64,000 bases of DNA, from contig JAGBHC010000027.1 of the NCBI GenBank assembly GCA_017935625.1, forward strand, positions 17,913 through 81,912, given 5' to 3'. Shown here one piece after another: positions 28,386 to 36,659 of this stretch (its first letter is position 1; each line of letters begins with the position of its first letter). Origin of the DNA: Rikenellaceae bacterium (GTDB taxonomy: Bacteria > Bacteroidota > Bacteroidia > Bacteroidales > Rikenellaceae). The notes beneath the pieces are model-generated. The model was not told the origin of the DNA. It saw nothing but the letters and a program-made list of their open reading frames with translations, and searched no databases. The position numbers and the translations under genes were made by a program.

Positions 28386-30587
28386 ATGAGTACGCTATTT
28401 ACAGTCATCATCGTCATCCTGGCGATTCTTGCCGTCACCGGTCTTTTCGTCGGCGTCACCAACGATGCGGTCAATTTCCTCAACTCGGCTCTCGGCTCCA
28501 AGGCCGCGCCCAAACGAATCATCCTGCTGGTCGCCTCCGCGGGCATCATCATCGGCGCCATCACCTCCAGCGGCATGATGGAGGTGGCCCGCAGCGGCAT
28601 GTTCGACCCGTCGCTCTTCACCTTCAAGGATGTCATGTTCCTCTATCTGGGTGTGATGTTCGCCAATGTCATCCTGCTCGACCTCTACAACTCGTGGGGA
28701 CTCCCCACCTCCACCACCGTATCGCTCGTCTTCTGTCTGCTCGGTTCGGCCATCGCCGTATCGACCTACAAAATAGCCAACGACCCGGCCCTCTCGATGA
28801 ACAGCCTCGGCGAATTCATCAACACGGGACGCGCCATGGGCATCATCTCCGCCATCCTCCTCTCGGTGGTGCTCTCCTTCACCTGCGGCTCGATAGTGAT
28901 GTACGTCTCGCGCCTGATTTTCTCGTTCCGCTACCAGAAGCCGCTCAAGCGGTTCGGAGCCCTGTGGTGCGGCATCTCCTTCACGGCCATCGTCTACTTC
29001 GCCCTGTTCAAGGGACTCAAGGAGCCACTCAAGGAGAGCCTGCTCATCGAATACATGAGCAACCACACCTTCAACTCGCTGCTCGTCATCTGGCTCCTGA
29101 GCAGCCTGGTGCTGTGGCTGCTCCAGCGCGGAGGAATCAACATACTGAAGACCACCATCCTCGCCGGCACCTTCTCGCTGGCCCTCGCCTTCGCGGGCAA
29201 CGACCTGGTGAACTTCATCGGCGTGCCCGTCGCCAGCTTCGAATCCTACGGCATGGCCTCGGCCACGGGCAACATGAACATGATGATGGACGGACTCAAG
29301 GCCAACGTCCCGGCCAACTTCTATCTGCTGGCCACGGCGGGCGTCATCATGATAGTGGCGCTGTGGACCTCCAAAAAATCGATGAGCGTCAGCCAGACCG
29401 AGCTGAGCCTCTCCAGCCAGAACGAGGGCAAGGAGAAGTACGGCTCGTCGCTCTTCTCGCGTTCGCTGGTCCGCTTCGCCATGAGCATCAACTCCGGCTA
29501 CACGCGCATCGTCCCCAAGCGCATGCAGGCCGCCATCGAGAAACGATTCGAACCGCTGCCCGAAAACGAACGCAGCGACGCCTCCTACGACCTGATTCGG
29601 GCGACGGTCAATCTGACCACCGCCTCGATACTCATCTCGCTGGCCACCTCGCTCAAGCTCCCCCTCTCGACCACCTACGTCTGCTTCATGGTGGCCATGG
29701 GCAGCTCGCTGGCCGACCGGGCCTGGGGCCGCGAAAGCGCCGTCTATCGCATCACGGGCGTGATGACCGTCGTGGCCGGCTGGTTCGTCACCGGCTTCGG
29801 AGCCTTCCTCATCGCCTACGTGGTGGGCCTGGCCCTGGTCTACGGTGGCGCCATCGCGGTGGCCGCGGTATCGCTTCTGTGCGGCTGGATGCTCTACAAC
29901 AGCAACTTCCGCAAGAAAGAGGGCGCCGACACCCCCGCCGTCGAACCCAAGGAACAGACGGGCGAAGTGCTCGAGGACGTGCTCTCCGAAGTGTGCAGCA
30001 CCATGGACCGCGTGAACAAGATATACGACCGCACGCTGGTGGCCGTATTCAAGGAGAACCGCAAAGTGCTGCGCGACATGGTCAAGGAGTCGAACGAAAT
30101 CTTCTATCAGTCGCGCGAACGCAAATACGAAGTGCTCCCCACCCTGCTCAAGCTGCAGGACAACGACATCAACACCGCCCACTACTACATTCAGATTGTG
30201 GACTATCTGAGCGAGGTGGCCAAAGCCCTGGTGCACATCACCCGCCCCTGCTTCGACCACATCGACAACAACCACGAGGGACTCTCCAAAGAGCAGGTGG
30301 TGGACCTGATGCGGGTGAACGACGAAGTGGAGAACATCTACAACCGAATCAACAACATGCTGCGCAGCAAGGATTTCGGCGACCTCGACGTGGTGCTCCA
30401 GCTGCGAGACCAGCTCTTCGACACGATAGCCGAGGCCATCAAGAACCAGCTCAAGCGCATCAAGGCCAAAGAGACCAGCACCAAGGCCAGCATGCTCTAC
30501 CTGACCATCCTCAACGAGACCAAGACCATGGTGCTCCAGTCGAGGAACCTGCTCAAGAGCCAGAGCTATTTCCTCGAACACAAATAG
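28386..30587 (+). CDS. PiT-family inorganic phosphate transporter with a long C-terminal helical (PhoU-like?) domain
   Basis: 733 aa. GVTNDAVNFLNSALGS and AGNDLVNFIGV are the duplicated PHO4 signature. The C-terminal roughly 230 aa are soluble and helical. Confidence 0.85.
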   Translation: MSTLFTVIIVILAILAVTGLFVGVTNDAVNFLNSALGSKAAPKRIILLVASAGIIIGAITSSGMMEVARSGMFDPSLFTFKDVMFLYLGVMFANVILLDLYNSWGLPTSTTVSLVFCLLGSAIAVSTYKIANDPALSMNSLGEFINTGRAMGIISAILLSVVLSFTCGSIVMYVSRLIFSFRYQKPLKRFGALWCGISFTAIVYFALFKGLKEPLKESLLIEYMSNHTFNSLLVIWLLSSLVLWLLQRGGINILKTTILAGTFSLALAFAGNDLVNFIGVPVASFESYGMASATGNMNMMMDGLKANVPANFYLLATAGVIMIVALWTSKKSMSVSQTELSLSSQNEGKEKYGSSLFSRSLVRFAMSINSGYTRIVPKRMQAAIEKRFEPLPENERSDASYDLIRATVNLTTASILISLATSLKLPLSTTYVCFMVAMGSSLADRAWGRESAVYRITGVMTVVAGWFVTGFGAFLIAYVVGLALVYGGAIAVAAVSLLCGWMLYNSNFRKKEGADTPAVEPKEQTGEVLEDVLSEVCSTMDRVNKIYDRTLVAVFKENRKVLRDMVKESNEIFYQSRERKYEVLPTLLKLQDNDINTAHYYIQIVDYLSEVAKALVHITRPCFDHIDNNHEGLSKEQVVDLMRVNDEVENIYNRINNMLRSKDFGDLDVVLQLRDQLFDTIAEAIKNQLKRIKAKETSTKASMLYLTILNETKTMVLQSRNLLKSQSYFLEHK

Positions 30588-30618
30588 CCCGGCACCGCCG
30601 CCCGGACCCCATGCACAG

Positions 30619-30650
30619 CAGGCTGCCCGCAAATCGCAGGCAGCCTGTTT
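30619..30650 (+). terminator. Terminator after the phosphate transporter
   Basis: caggctgcc / ggcagcctg stem followed by tttc. Confidence 0.55.
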
Positions 30651-30796
30651 CATCCGCACGATTTCCGGAAGCGCACGCCGCCGCACCCCCGGGCGATGCG
30701 ATTCGCGGAGAAAAAACGGCCCGATTTTTTCTCGCTCCGTTTTTTTTTCGTAGCTTTGCAAGATTGAAACCCCCGAGTGACAAGTAAAAAGACCGG

Positions 30797-31390
30797 ATGA
30801 AAACCAGATACGCACGCATACTTCTCCTGCTGGCCGCCGCCGTGACCGGATGGCTGGCCGGCTGCGGAAACGACGACGACACCCTGCCCGACGAGGTGAC
30901 CGCCATCGAACGCTGGTTCTCGCGCCAGCAAATCATTCCGCAGGCCGAAGCCGAACAAATCGGAGAGACGCGGTATTACAGCGTCCAGGAGGGGGTCTAC
31001 AAGTACGTGGCCAACCGCAGCCGCCCCGGACGTCCCGCCGACCAGACGGGAGCCGCGCAGGGCGACTCGGTGGAGTTCTACTTCGAGGCCTACACCTTCA
31101 CGACGGCACCGGCCGCGCTGCCCTACTTCACCAACAAGAGAAGCGTCGTGGAGGAGAAGATGCCGGGTCTGAATCCCGAATACTGGTCCTTCGAACCGAT
31201 ACGGGCGAAAATAGGAAGTTCTTCCATAATAAAAGGGGTGGACCTTGCGTTACCGTATTGTCAGCCCGGAGATTCGGTCGTCATGCTCATCACATCCGAC
31301 CTCGGTTACGGCGAAGAGCTGACCGGAGTGGTCGAAAAGAACACGACACTGATGTGGATTGTAAACATCGAGAATGTAAAAAAACAGTAA
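30797..31390 (+). CDS. Lipoprotein with a degenerate FKBP-like domain
   Basis: 197 aa. Lipobox LAGCGND. GDSVEFYFEAY...IKGVDLALPYCQPGDSVVMLITSDLGYG...LMWIVNIENV loosely follows the FKBP_C pattern. Confidence 0.5.
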   Translation: MKTRYARILLLLAAAVTGWLAGCGNDDDTLPDEVTAIERWFSRQQIIPQAEAEQIGETRYYSVQEGVYKYVANRSRPGRPADQTGAAQGDSVEFYFEAYTFTTAPAALPYFTNKRSVVEEKMPGLNPEYWSFEPIRAKIGSSSIIKGVDLALPYCQPGDSVVMLITSDLGYGEELTGVVEKNTTLMWIVNIENVKKQ

Positions 31391-31392
31391 AT

Positions 31393-32760
31393 ATGAAAAT
31401 CTACACGCGCATCGTTTTGCTCCTGACCCTACTCGGCGTGCTGGCATCCTGCGCCGAAGACAAGGATGACAACTACATAGAGATACAGCAGACCTCGTTC
31501 GACGCCTGGATGGCCAAACACGTGAACGCATCCGGCGAAGTGGCTGCCAAGCTCGACAAGATAGGCATGTACATCGAGTTGCTCGAAACGGGCCGGGGCG
31601 GACTGGCGACCAACGACACCACGGTGTGGGTACGGCTCAACATCACCGGCCGCGACCTGCACAACAACGTCTACTACACCCGCTCCGAAGAGATTGCCCG
31701 ACAGCAGGGCACCTTCGACAAACACACCCACTACGTGCCGGAGTACCTCTACTGCGGAAGCATCAACAGCAACATGATTGCCGGGCAGTATTTCGCCCTC
31801 AAGGATACCATCTCCATCCACGGAGGCATCCCCCTCAAACTCACCGAAGGCAGCAAGGTGCGGCTCTATCTCCCCTCGTGGCTGGCCTACGGAGCGAGCG
31901 GAACGAGCAACGACGTGGGCTACGGTGGCCAGTTCGCACTCAAGGGCGACGTGCCCACCATTCTCGACATGGAGGTGGTGACCATCACCAAAGACCCCCA
32001 GAAGTACGAGGAGAAGCAGGTGGACGACTTCCTGGCCGCGCATGCCGACCAAAATTGGACGCTGGTGAACGACACCCTGCCCTATCTCTATGTGGACAAG
32101 AAGTTCCGTCTGTCCGACGACACCCCGGCCTACACGGGCGACTCCATCCACGCCGACTCCATCGTAAAGGTATGGTACGTGGGCAAGTTCCTCGACGGAT
32201 TCGTCTTCGACACCAACATCGACTCGGTGCAGACCCGGCTCTACGGCAAACCCTCCGACAACAACAAATTCTTCCAGCCCGACAGCTCCATAGACGGTTA
32301 CAAAGTGGGAACCGGCGGAACCATCTCCGGCTGGGAGTATGCGCTTCAGGAGCTCCGCTACGGACAATGGGCCAAGCTGGTGTTCACCTCCGAATACGGA
32401 TACGGCATCACCGGAGTGCCCGCCACCAACCCCAACAACAGCTCTTCGTCCTCCTCCAACTACTACTATTACAACAACCTGTACAGCTCCATGTACGACT
32501 ACAACTACGGTTACGGATACGGCGGATATGGCTACGGATACGGCGGATATGGCTACGGATACGACAACTACTACGACTATTACAGCTACTACAACTACCA
32601 GAACTATCTGAATTCGCTCTATTCGCAGAATACGACGACCACCGCCACGACCCAATCGATAACCACCGAAATCCAGTCGTACACGCCCCTGGTATTCGAA
32701 ATCTATATCGAAACCAACCAGAGCTCCGGCAACGACGACGACGATAACGAGGACGACTAA
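31393..32760 (+). CDS. FKBP-type peptidyl-prolyl isomerase lipoprotein carrying a Tyr/Gly-rich low-complexity insertion
   Basis: ATG at 31393 and lipobox LASCAED. FKBP_C pattern VKVWYVGKFLDGFVFDTN...GTISGWEYALQELRYGQWAKLVFTSEYGYG...PLVFEIYIE. About 76 low-complexity residues (SSSSSSN... to ...SITTE; nt 32441-32670) lie before the last strand. Confidence 0.75.
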   Translation: MKIYTRIVLLLTLLGVLASCAEDKDDNYIEIQQTSFDAWMAKHVNASGEVAAKLDKIGMYIELLETGRGGLATNDTTVWVRLNITGRDLHNNVYYTRSEEIARQQGTFDKHTHYVPEYLYCGSINSNMIAGQYFALKDTISIHGGIPLKLTEGSKVRLYLPSWLAYGASGTSNDVGYGGQFALKGDVPTILDMEVVTITKDPQKYEEKQVDDFLAAHADQNWTLVNDTLPYLYVDKKFRLSDDTPAYTGDSIHADSIVKVWYVGKFLDGFVFDTNIDSVQTRLYGKPSDNNKFFQPDSSIDGYKVGTGGTISGWEYALQELRYGQWAKLVFTSEYGYGITGVPATNPNNSSSSSSNYYYYNNLYSSMYDYNYGYGYGGYGYGYGGYGYGYDNYYDYYSYYNYQNYLNSLYSQNTTTTATTQSITTEIQSYTPLVFEIYIETNQSSGNDDDDNEDD

Positions 32761-32826
32761 TCTCATCCCCGACGCCGGGAACTCCCCGACGGCAGGGTCT
32801 TCTTCATAGTGTAATGCGTTAAGTCC

Positions 32827-32862
32827 GACCGTCCCGCCCTCCCGCGGGGCGGTCGCGTTTTT
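32827..32862 (+). terminator. Terminator after the FKBP lipoprotein gene
   Basis: gaccgtcccgc...gcggggcggtc imperfect stem followed by gcgttttt. Confidence 0.5.
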
Positions 32863-32940
32863 CGGGGAGAAGGAACCGGTCGGGAATCCGAAAGCCGCCC
32901 GAAGCAGACCTCTCCCCAACAGTCCGCCGGAAGCAGTCCG

Positions 32941-33049
32941 CCGAGAGCTACCTGCTGAAAGGAAGCTCCTCCCCCAAAGGCTGCCCAAGAGGGCACCGGA
33001 AGCACCTTCGGAGCAGCACGCCGCAGCGAAAAGGCCGCCGCCAAGAGCC
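32941..33049. repeat. Degenerate direct repeat copy A inside a T-poor low-complexity intergenic tract
   Basis: ccgagagctacctgctgaaaggaagctcctcccccaaaggctgcccaagag...ccttcggagcagcacgcc...gaaaaggccgccgcc recurs at 33133-33242, about 80 percent identical by eye. Confidence 0.8.
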
Positions 33050-33132
33050 TACTGAGGTCCATCGGGAAATCCCGTCGAACAAAAACCCCTCCCCGAATAA
33101 ACTGCCCCCAACAGACCTCCAAGAGCAGCCTG

Positions 33133-33242
33133 CCGAGAACAGCCTGCCGAAAGGGAAGCTCCTCCCCAAAAGGCAGCCCAAGAAAGCATCGAAAGAACCT
33201 TCGGAGCAGCACGCCTCCGAGAAAAGGCCGCCGCCGGGAGCC
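33133..33242. repeat. Degenerate direct repeat copy B
   Basis: See copy A. The copies are offset by 192 bp. Confidence 0.8.
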
Positions 33243-33348
33243 CGCTCAAAGCGGCGAAGCTGCCGGGCGGGAACCGCCGCGGAGAGAGGAAAACAAAAGA
33301 TTTATGAAAATTAATCGGCAAAATCGGTCGGATTCGCAAAAAAGATAT

Positions 33349-33356
33349 TATCTTTG
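33349..33356 (+). promoter_or_regulatory. -7 box (TATCTTTG) for tRNA-Ser
   Basis: Ends 13 nt upstream of the first tRNA nucleotide. Confidence 0.55.
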
Positions 33357-33369
33357 CACTCGGTTTCAA

Positions 33370-33459
33370 GGAAAGATGCCGGAGTGGTCGAACGGGCCGC
33401 ACTCGAAATGCGGTGTACGGGTAACTGTACCGGGGGTTCGAATCCCTCTCTTTCCGCCA
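33370..33459 (+). tRNA. tRNA-Ser(CGA), class II with a long variable arm and encoded CCA
   Basis: Acceptor GGAAAGA/TCTTTCC, anticodon stem CCGCA/TGCGG with loop CU-CGA-AA, long variable arm GTACGGGTAACTGTAC, T-arm GGGGGTTCGAATCCCTC, and a G-CCA end. Confidence 0.9.
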
Positions 33460-33461
33460 AA

Positions 33462-33492
33462 GGGCTGTCGCAAAGTCGTGACAGCCTTTTTT
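33462..33492 (+). terminator. Terminator after tRNA-Ser
   Basis: ggctgtc / gacagcc stem followed by tttttt. Confidence 0.7.
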
Positions 33493-33965
33493 ATCTCCTG
33501 TCCCCGCAACTCAGGACCCGCGGTTCCCGAACGGAATGCTCCCGATTCCACGAAGCCCATGCGTCGGAATCCGACGTGCGACAGGCAACCGCATCGCAAT
33601 CAGGGCATCCGGCGAATCCTCCGGTTCGCGCCATCACCGGCAAAGCACCTCCCGAACGCACGTTTCACACGGAACGCCCCCAGAGGCTTCCCCCGCAGAG
33701 ACCGGAAAATCGCACCATACGCACCGTCATCCGTTTCGAGAGTCCCATGGGACAGAAATCACAACGGACAACGGACAACGGACAATGAACACCGGACTTC
33801 GCGTTTGTTTGACGCAGTGTAACCGAGATGCCGGACCGGAAGCGGCGGACTCTGCGAACGAGAACGATTGATATGCGGAAAAAATGATATTCGTCATCAT
33901 GAAGAACATTTTTTTCTGTAATTTCACCCCTTGAAAAGACATCGGAATAAAAAGCTACGAACTTC

Positions 33966-34535
33966 ATGGCGCATATAATCCTGGACACCGACAGACTGCA
34001 ATTGCGAGAGATGAATCCTTCGGATATGGAGGCATTGTCGTCCATCCTGCAAGATGAGAGAGTAATGTATGCTTACAATGGAAAGTTCAACGACGAAGAG
34101 ACCGCGGCATGGATGCGGAAACAGCTGAGACGATATAAGGAGTTCGGCTTCGGTTTATGGGGCGTGTTTCTTAAACAAACCGGTGAAATGATAGGCCAAT
34201 GCGGCATTACCATGCAGGAATACAGAGCAACGCAAATACCGGAAATCGGCTATTTGTTCGCATACGGACATTGGCATAACGGTTATGCTGTCGAAGCCGC
34301 GACAGCCTGTCGCGAATATGGATTCAGCACATTGCATTTCGACGCTTTATACTCCATTATCCGAGACACGAACATAGCTTCCCAGCATGTCGCGCTTCGC
34401 AACGGCATGAATCCAATCGATACCATTATCAGGCATTATCGCGGCATAGACATGCCGCACAAGGTGTTCCGCGTAAAAAAAGACGACTCGGAACCAAAAA
34501 CGGACAAATCTCGAGAGAACGCTTTCACCCGTTGA
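33966..34535 (+). CDS. GNAT-family N-acetyltransferase (RimJ/RimL-like)
   Basis: 189 aa. TDRLQLREMNPSD...GLWGVFLK.TGEMIGQCGI...IGYLFAYGHWHNGYAVEAATACREYGF pattern. Visibly lower GC than its surroundings. Confidence 0.8.
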   Translation: MAHIILDTDRLQLREMNPSDMEALSSILQDERVMYAYNGKFNDEETAAWMRKQLRRYKEFGFGLWGVFLKQTGEMIGQCGITMQEYRATQIPEIGYLFAYGHWHNGYAVEAATACREYGFSTLHFDALYSIIRDTNIASQHVALRNGMNPIDTIIRHYRGIDMPHKVFRVKKDDSEPKTDKSRENAFTR

Positions 34536-34812
34536 AAATCAACTCCATAAGAGAAACGGCACATGAATCCCTCCCCAAAAAGGAGGAAGCGTGAAAACTG
34601 TTTCGAGGAGATGAACCGATGGAAAGGCGTGTGTTCAGAAGGTAAGATTTCCGCCCGACTCGACATCTGACCGCCATTCGTCTTCCGGGGGATGCGGGGC
34701 AAAAAGCCGAAACCGCAAAGAATTGTCCGACAGACTCTTGCCGGCGTATAACGCCGCTCCGAATCCCACTGTTCTCACAGAGCAAGCAGCCGAGAAAACC
34801 GGCACGGAAACG

Positions 34813-34989
34813 TCAGATATCCTTGCGCACCTGCACCTCGTGGGCCGGAACGCGGATGACATTGCCCTCCTCGTCGGCGAAGACGAACTTGCCGCCGTCG
34901 CGCCGCTTGCGCTCGACCAGCCGTTCGAAAGCGATATCCACCCCTTTCAGCACCTTATCTCTAAGTTCGATGATTTCAATCTCGCTCAT
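34813..34989 (-). CDS. Unlisted 58-aa ORF overlapping the 3' end of the zeta-like gene (candidate partner/antitoxin)
   Basis: ATG at 34989 and TGA at 34813-34815. MSEIEIIELRDKVLKGVDIAFERLVERKRRDGGKFVFADEEGNVIRVPAHEVQVRKDI. GC-rich third positions like the host genes, and a 14-nt overlap with the upstream gene. Confidence 0.4.
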   Translation of the reverse strand: MSEIEIIELRDKVLKGVDIAFERLVERKRRDGGKFVFADEEGNVIRVPAHEVQVRKDI

Positions 34990-35551
34990 ACTTCTCCAGT
35001 TTACCGTATACTAACGTATCGGCCACGCTTTTTGTTTCACGGCGACAACCGTCGGCGATAATCCGCCGCCCCGGTCCCGTATTGTCAATTATCAGCCAGT
35101 AGTCGCACAACGGCCTGTAAATCCGGAAGAAATTCCGGATTCCCGCCTCGTATCTGCGCCGGACGACCGGTTCCGGTATGTCATGGCCTCCCTCCTCCAC
35201 ACGCGTCTCGACGCGGCTGACCGCCAAATCGGCGGAGCTGAGCCAAAAGTACAAAATATTTACGACGTAGCCATGCGCCCGGGCCTTTTTTATGAGCCGG
35301 GCATAGATGCGCGTGGCGAGCGTGGTCTCGAAGGCGAAATCCTCCCCGCTCTCGATGAGCTCGTCGATGCGCTTGAGCATCAGACGCCCCGCCTCGATGG
35401 CCACCCGGTCGGGACGGAACGGTGAAAGCCCCCGGGCAATCTCGTCGGCATTGACGAATTCGCGGCAGCCGAGCATTTCGGGCAACACCGTGTAGGAGGC
35501 CGTCGTCTTGCCGGCCCCGTTACACCCTGCTATGATATACATAAATGCCAT
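34976..35551 (-). CDS. Zeta-toxin-like P-loop kinase (COG4185-type)
   Basis: Internal ATG (MAFMYIIAGCNGAGKTTASYTVL), 191 aa. Walker A GCNGAGKTT, FETTLA, and EEGGHDIPEPVVRRRY, typical of zeta/PezT-like proteins. Confidence 0.75.
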   Translation of the reverse strand: MAFMYIIAGCNGAGKTTASYTVLPEMLGCREFVNADEIARGLSPFRPDRVAIEAGRLMLKRIDELIESGEDFAFETTLATRIYARLIKKARAHGYVVNILYFWLSSADLAVSRVETRVEEGGHDIPEPVVRRRYEAGIRNFFRIYRPLCDYWLIIDNTGPGRRIIADGCRRETKSVADTLVYGKLEKYERD

Positions 35552-35662
35552 CGCAATGCAGCGTTCGGTCCTCTTGCACCGGTTCGCACCCCGGCCCGGA
35601 AGTCGCAAGTGACAAATTTCGTGCTCACCGCAACGCTCCCCGGCCGGCAGCAGGAACTGCCG

Positions 35663-35836
35663 CTACCACCAGTTGCTGCCGTTGCCCCAGTCGTCGATGC
35701 CGCCGTCGGAGATGGCGAAGCCCTTTTCGACGCACACCTCCACCGCTTCGATGACAGGCGGCTGGTACTCCTCCGCGGGGAGGAGAGTCTTTCGTTCTTC
35801 CATAATCATTCGGTAAAGTTCGCAGTAGTAGTCCAT
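35663..35836 (-). CDS. Unlisted 57-aa (or 48-aa) ORF between ridA and the zeta-like gene
   Basis: ATGs at 35836, 35809 and 35803; TAG at 35663-35665. MDYYCELYRMIMEERKTLLPAEEYQPPVIEAVEVCVEKGFAISDGGIDDWGNGSNWW. Host-like GC-rich third positions. Confidence 0.3.
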   Translation of the reverse strand: MDYYCELYRMIMEERKTLLPAEEYQPPVIEAVEVCVEKGFAISDGGIDDWGNGSNWW

Positions 35837-35905
35837 TCTTTCCGTCCGCTCCCGCAGGAGGGCGGGAACGGCGGAGCACTCCGGCCGCAGAGCCGCAGCG
35901 GCAAG

Positions 35906-36280
35906 CTACTTGACGGCGATGGTGTCGATTTCGACCTTGACGCCCAAAGGCAGCTTGGCCACCTGATAGCATACGCGGGCCGGCATATCTTTTGTATAGT
36001 AACGGGCATAGACGCCGTTCATCGCGGCGAAATCGTTCATGTCGGCCAGCAGAACCGTCGATTTCACCACATCGTCGAACGAGTAGCCGGCCTCGGCGAG
36101 TATCGCTCCGGTGTTCTCCAGCGACTGGGCGGTCTGCTCCTCGATGGTTTCGGGAACGGTGCCGATGGCGGGATTGACGGGCAGCTGACCCGAAACGTAG
36201 AGCGTGCCGTTCGCCTCGACGGCCTGCGAATAAGGTCCCACCGCTTTGGGGGCCAATGGCGAGTTTATGATTTTTTTCAT
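35906..36280 (-). CDS. ridA: RidA/YjgF-family reactive intermediate deaminase
   Basis: 124 aa. APKAVGPYSQAV...LYVSGQLP...ARVCYQVAKLPLGVKVEI. Confidence 0.9.
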   Translation of the reverse strand: MKKIINSPLAPKAVGPYSQAVEANGTLYVSGQLPVNPAIGTVPETIEEQTAQSLENTGAILAEAGYSFDDVVKSTVLLADMNDFAAMNGVYARYYTKDMPARVCYQVAKLPLGVKVEIDTIAVK

Positions 36281-36377
36281 CTCAATGTATTTTGTTTATT
36301 GTTTCAAAGAATCGATTTCACCTCCGCGCGGGCCGAAACCCGGCATTCGCCCTCCAGCGGGTACTTCCTGCACCCGT

Positions 36378-36625
36378 CTCGGACGAATCGCCTCGCGAAC
36401 GCACTCCGGCCTGCGGCCGACCGTGCTTGCGCCCCTCATCGAATATACCCGATATTTGACTCGGGCGAACCGCTTCGCGAACGCACTCCGGCCCGCGGCC
36501 GACCGTGCTTGCGCCCCTCATCGAATATACCCGATATTTGACTCGGGCGAATCGCTTCGCGAACGCACTCCGGCCCGCGGCCGACCGTGCTTGCGCCCCT
36601 CATCGAATATATTTTCGTATATTTG
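36378..36625 (+). repeat. Three tandem 82-bp units ending in the promoter of the META-domain gene
   Basis: Units start at 36378, 36460 and 36542 (ctcgggcgaaccgcttcgcgaacgcactccggcccgcggccgaccgtgcttgcgcccctcatcgaatata...tatttg). The last unit ends in a perfect TATATTTG at 36618-36625. The first two carry GATATTTG. Confidence 0.9.
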
Positions 36626-36659
36626 TCAGCAAATATAACATTTTTAAAGATAACACACC

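Noticed and set aside
33762-33788. acggaca heptamer repeated 3.5 times
   Set aside because: It is too short to interpret and is most likely simple slippage in non-coding DNA.
36246-36638. 130-aa ORF with the repeated ANALRPAADRACAPHRIYPIFDSG
   Set aside because: It is a translation artefact of the 82-bp tandem repeat. 82 is not a multiple of 3, so the apparent peptide repeat is only partial.
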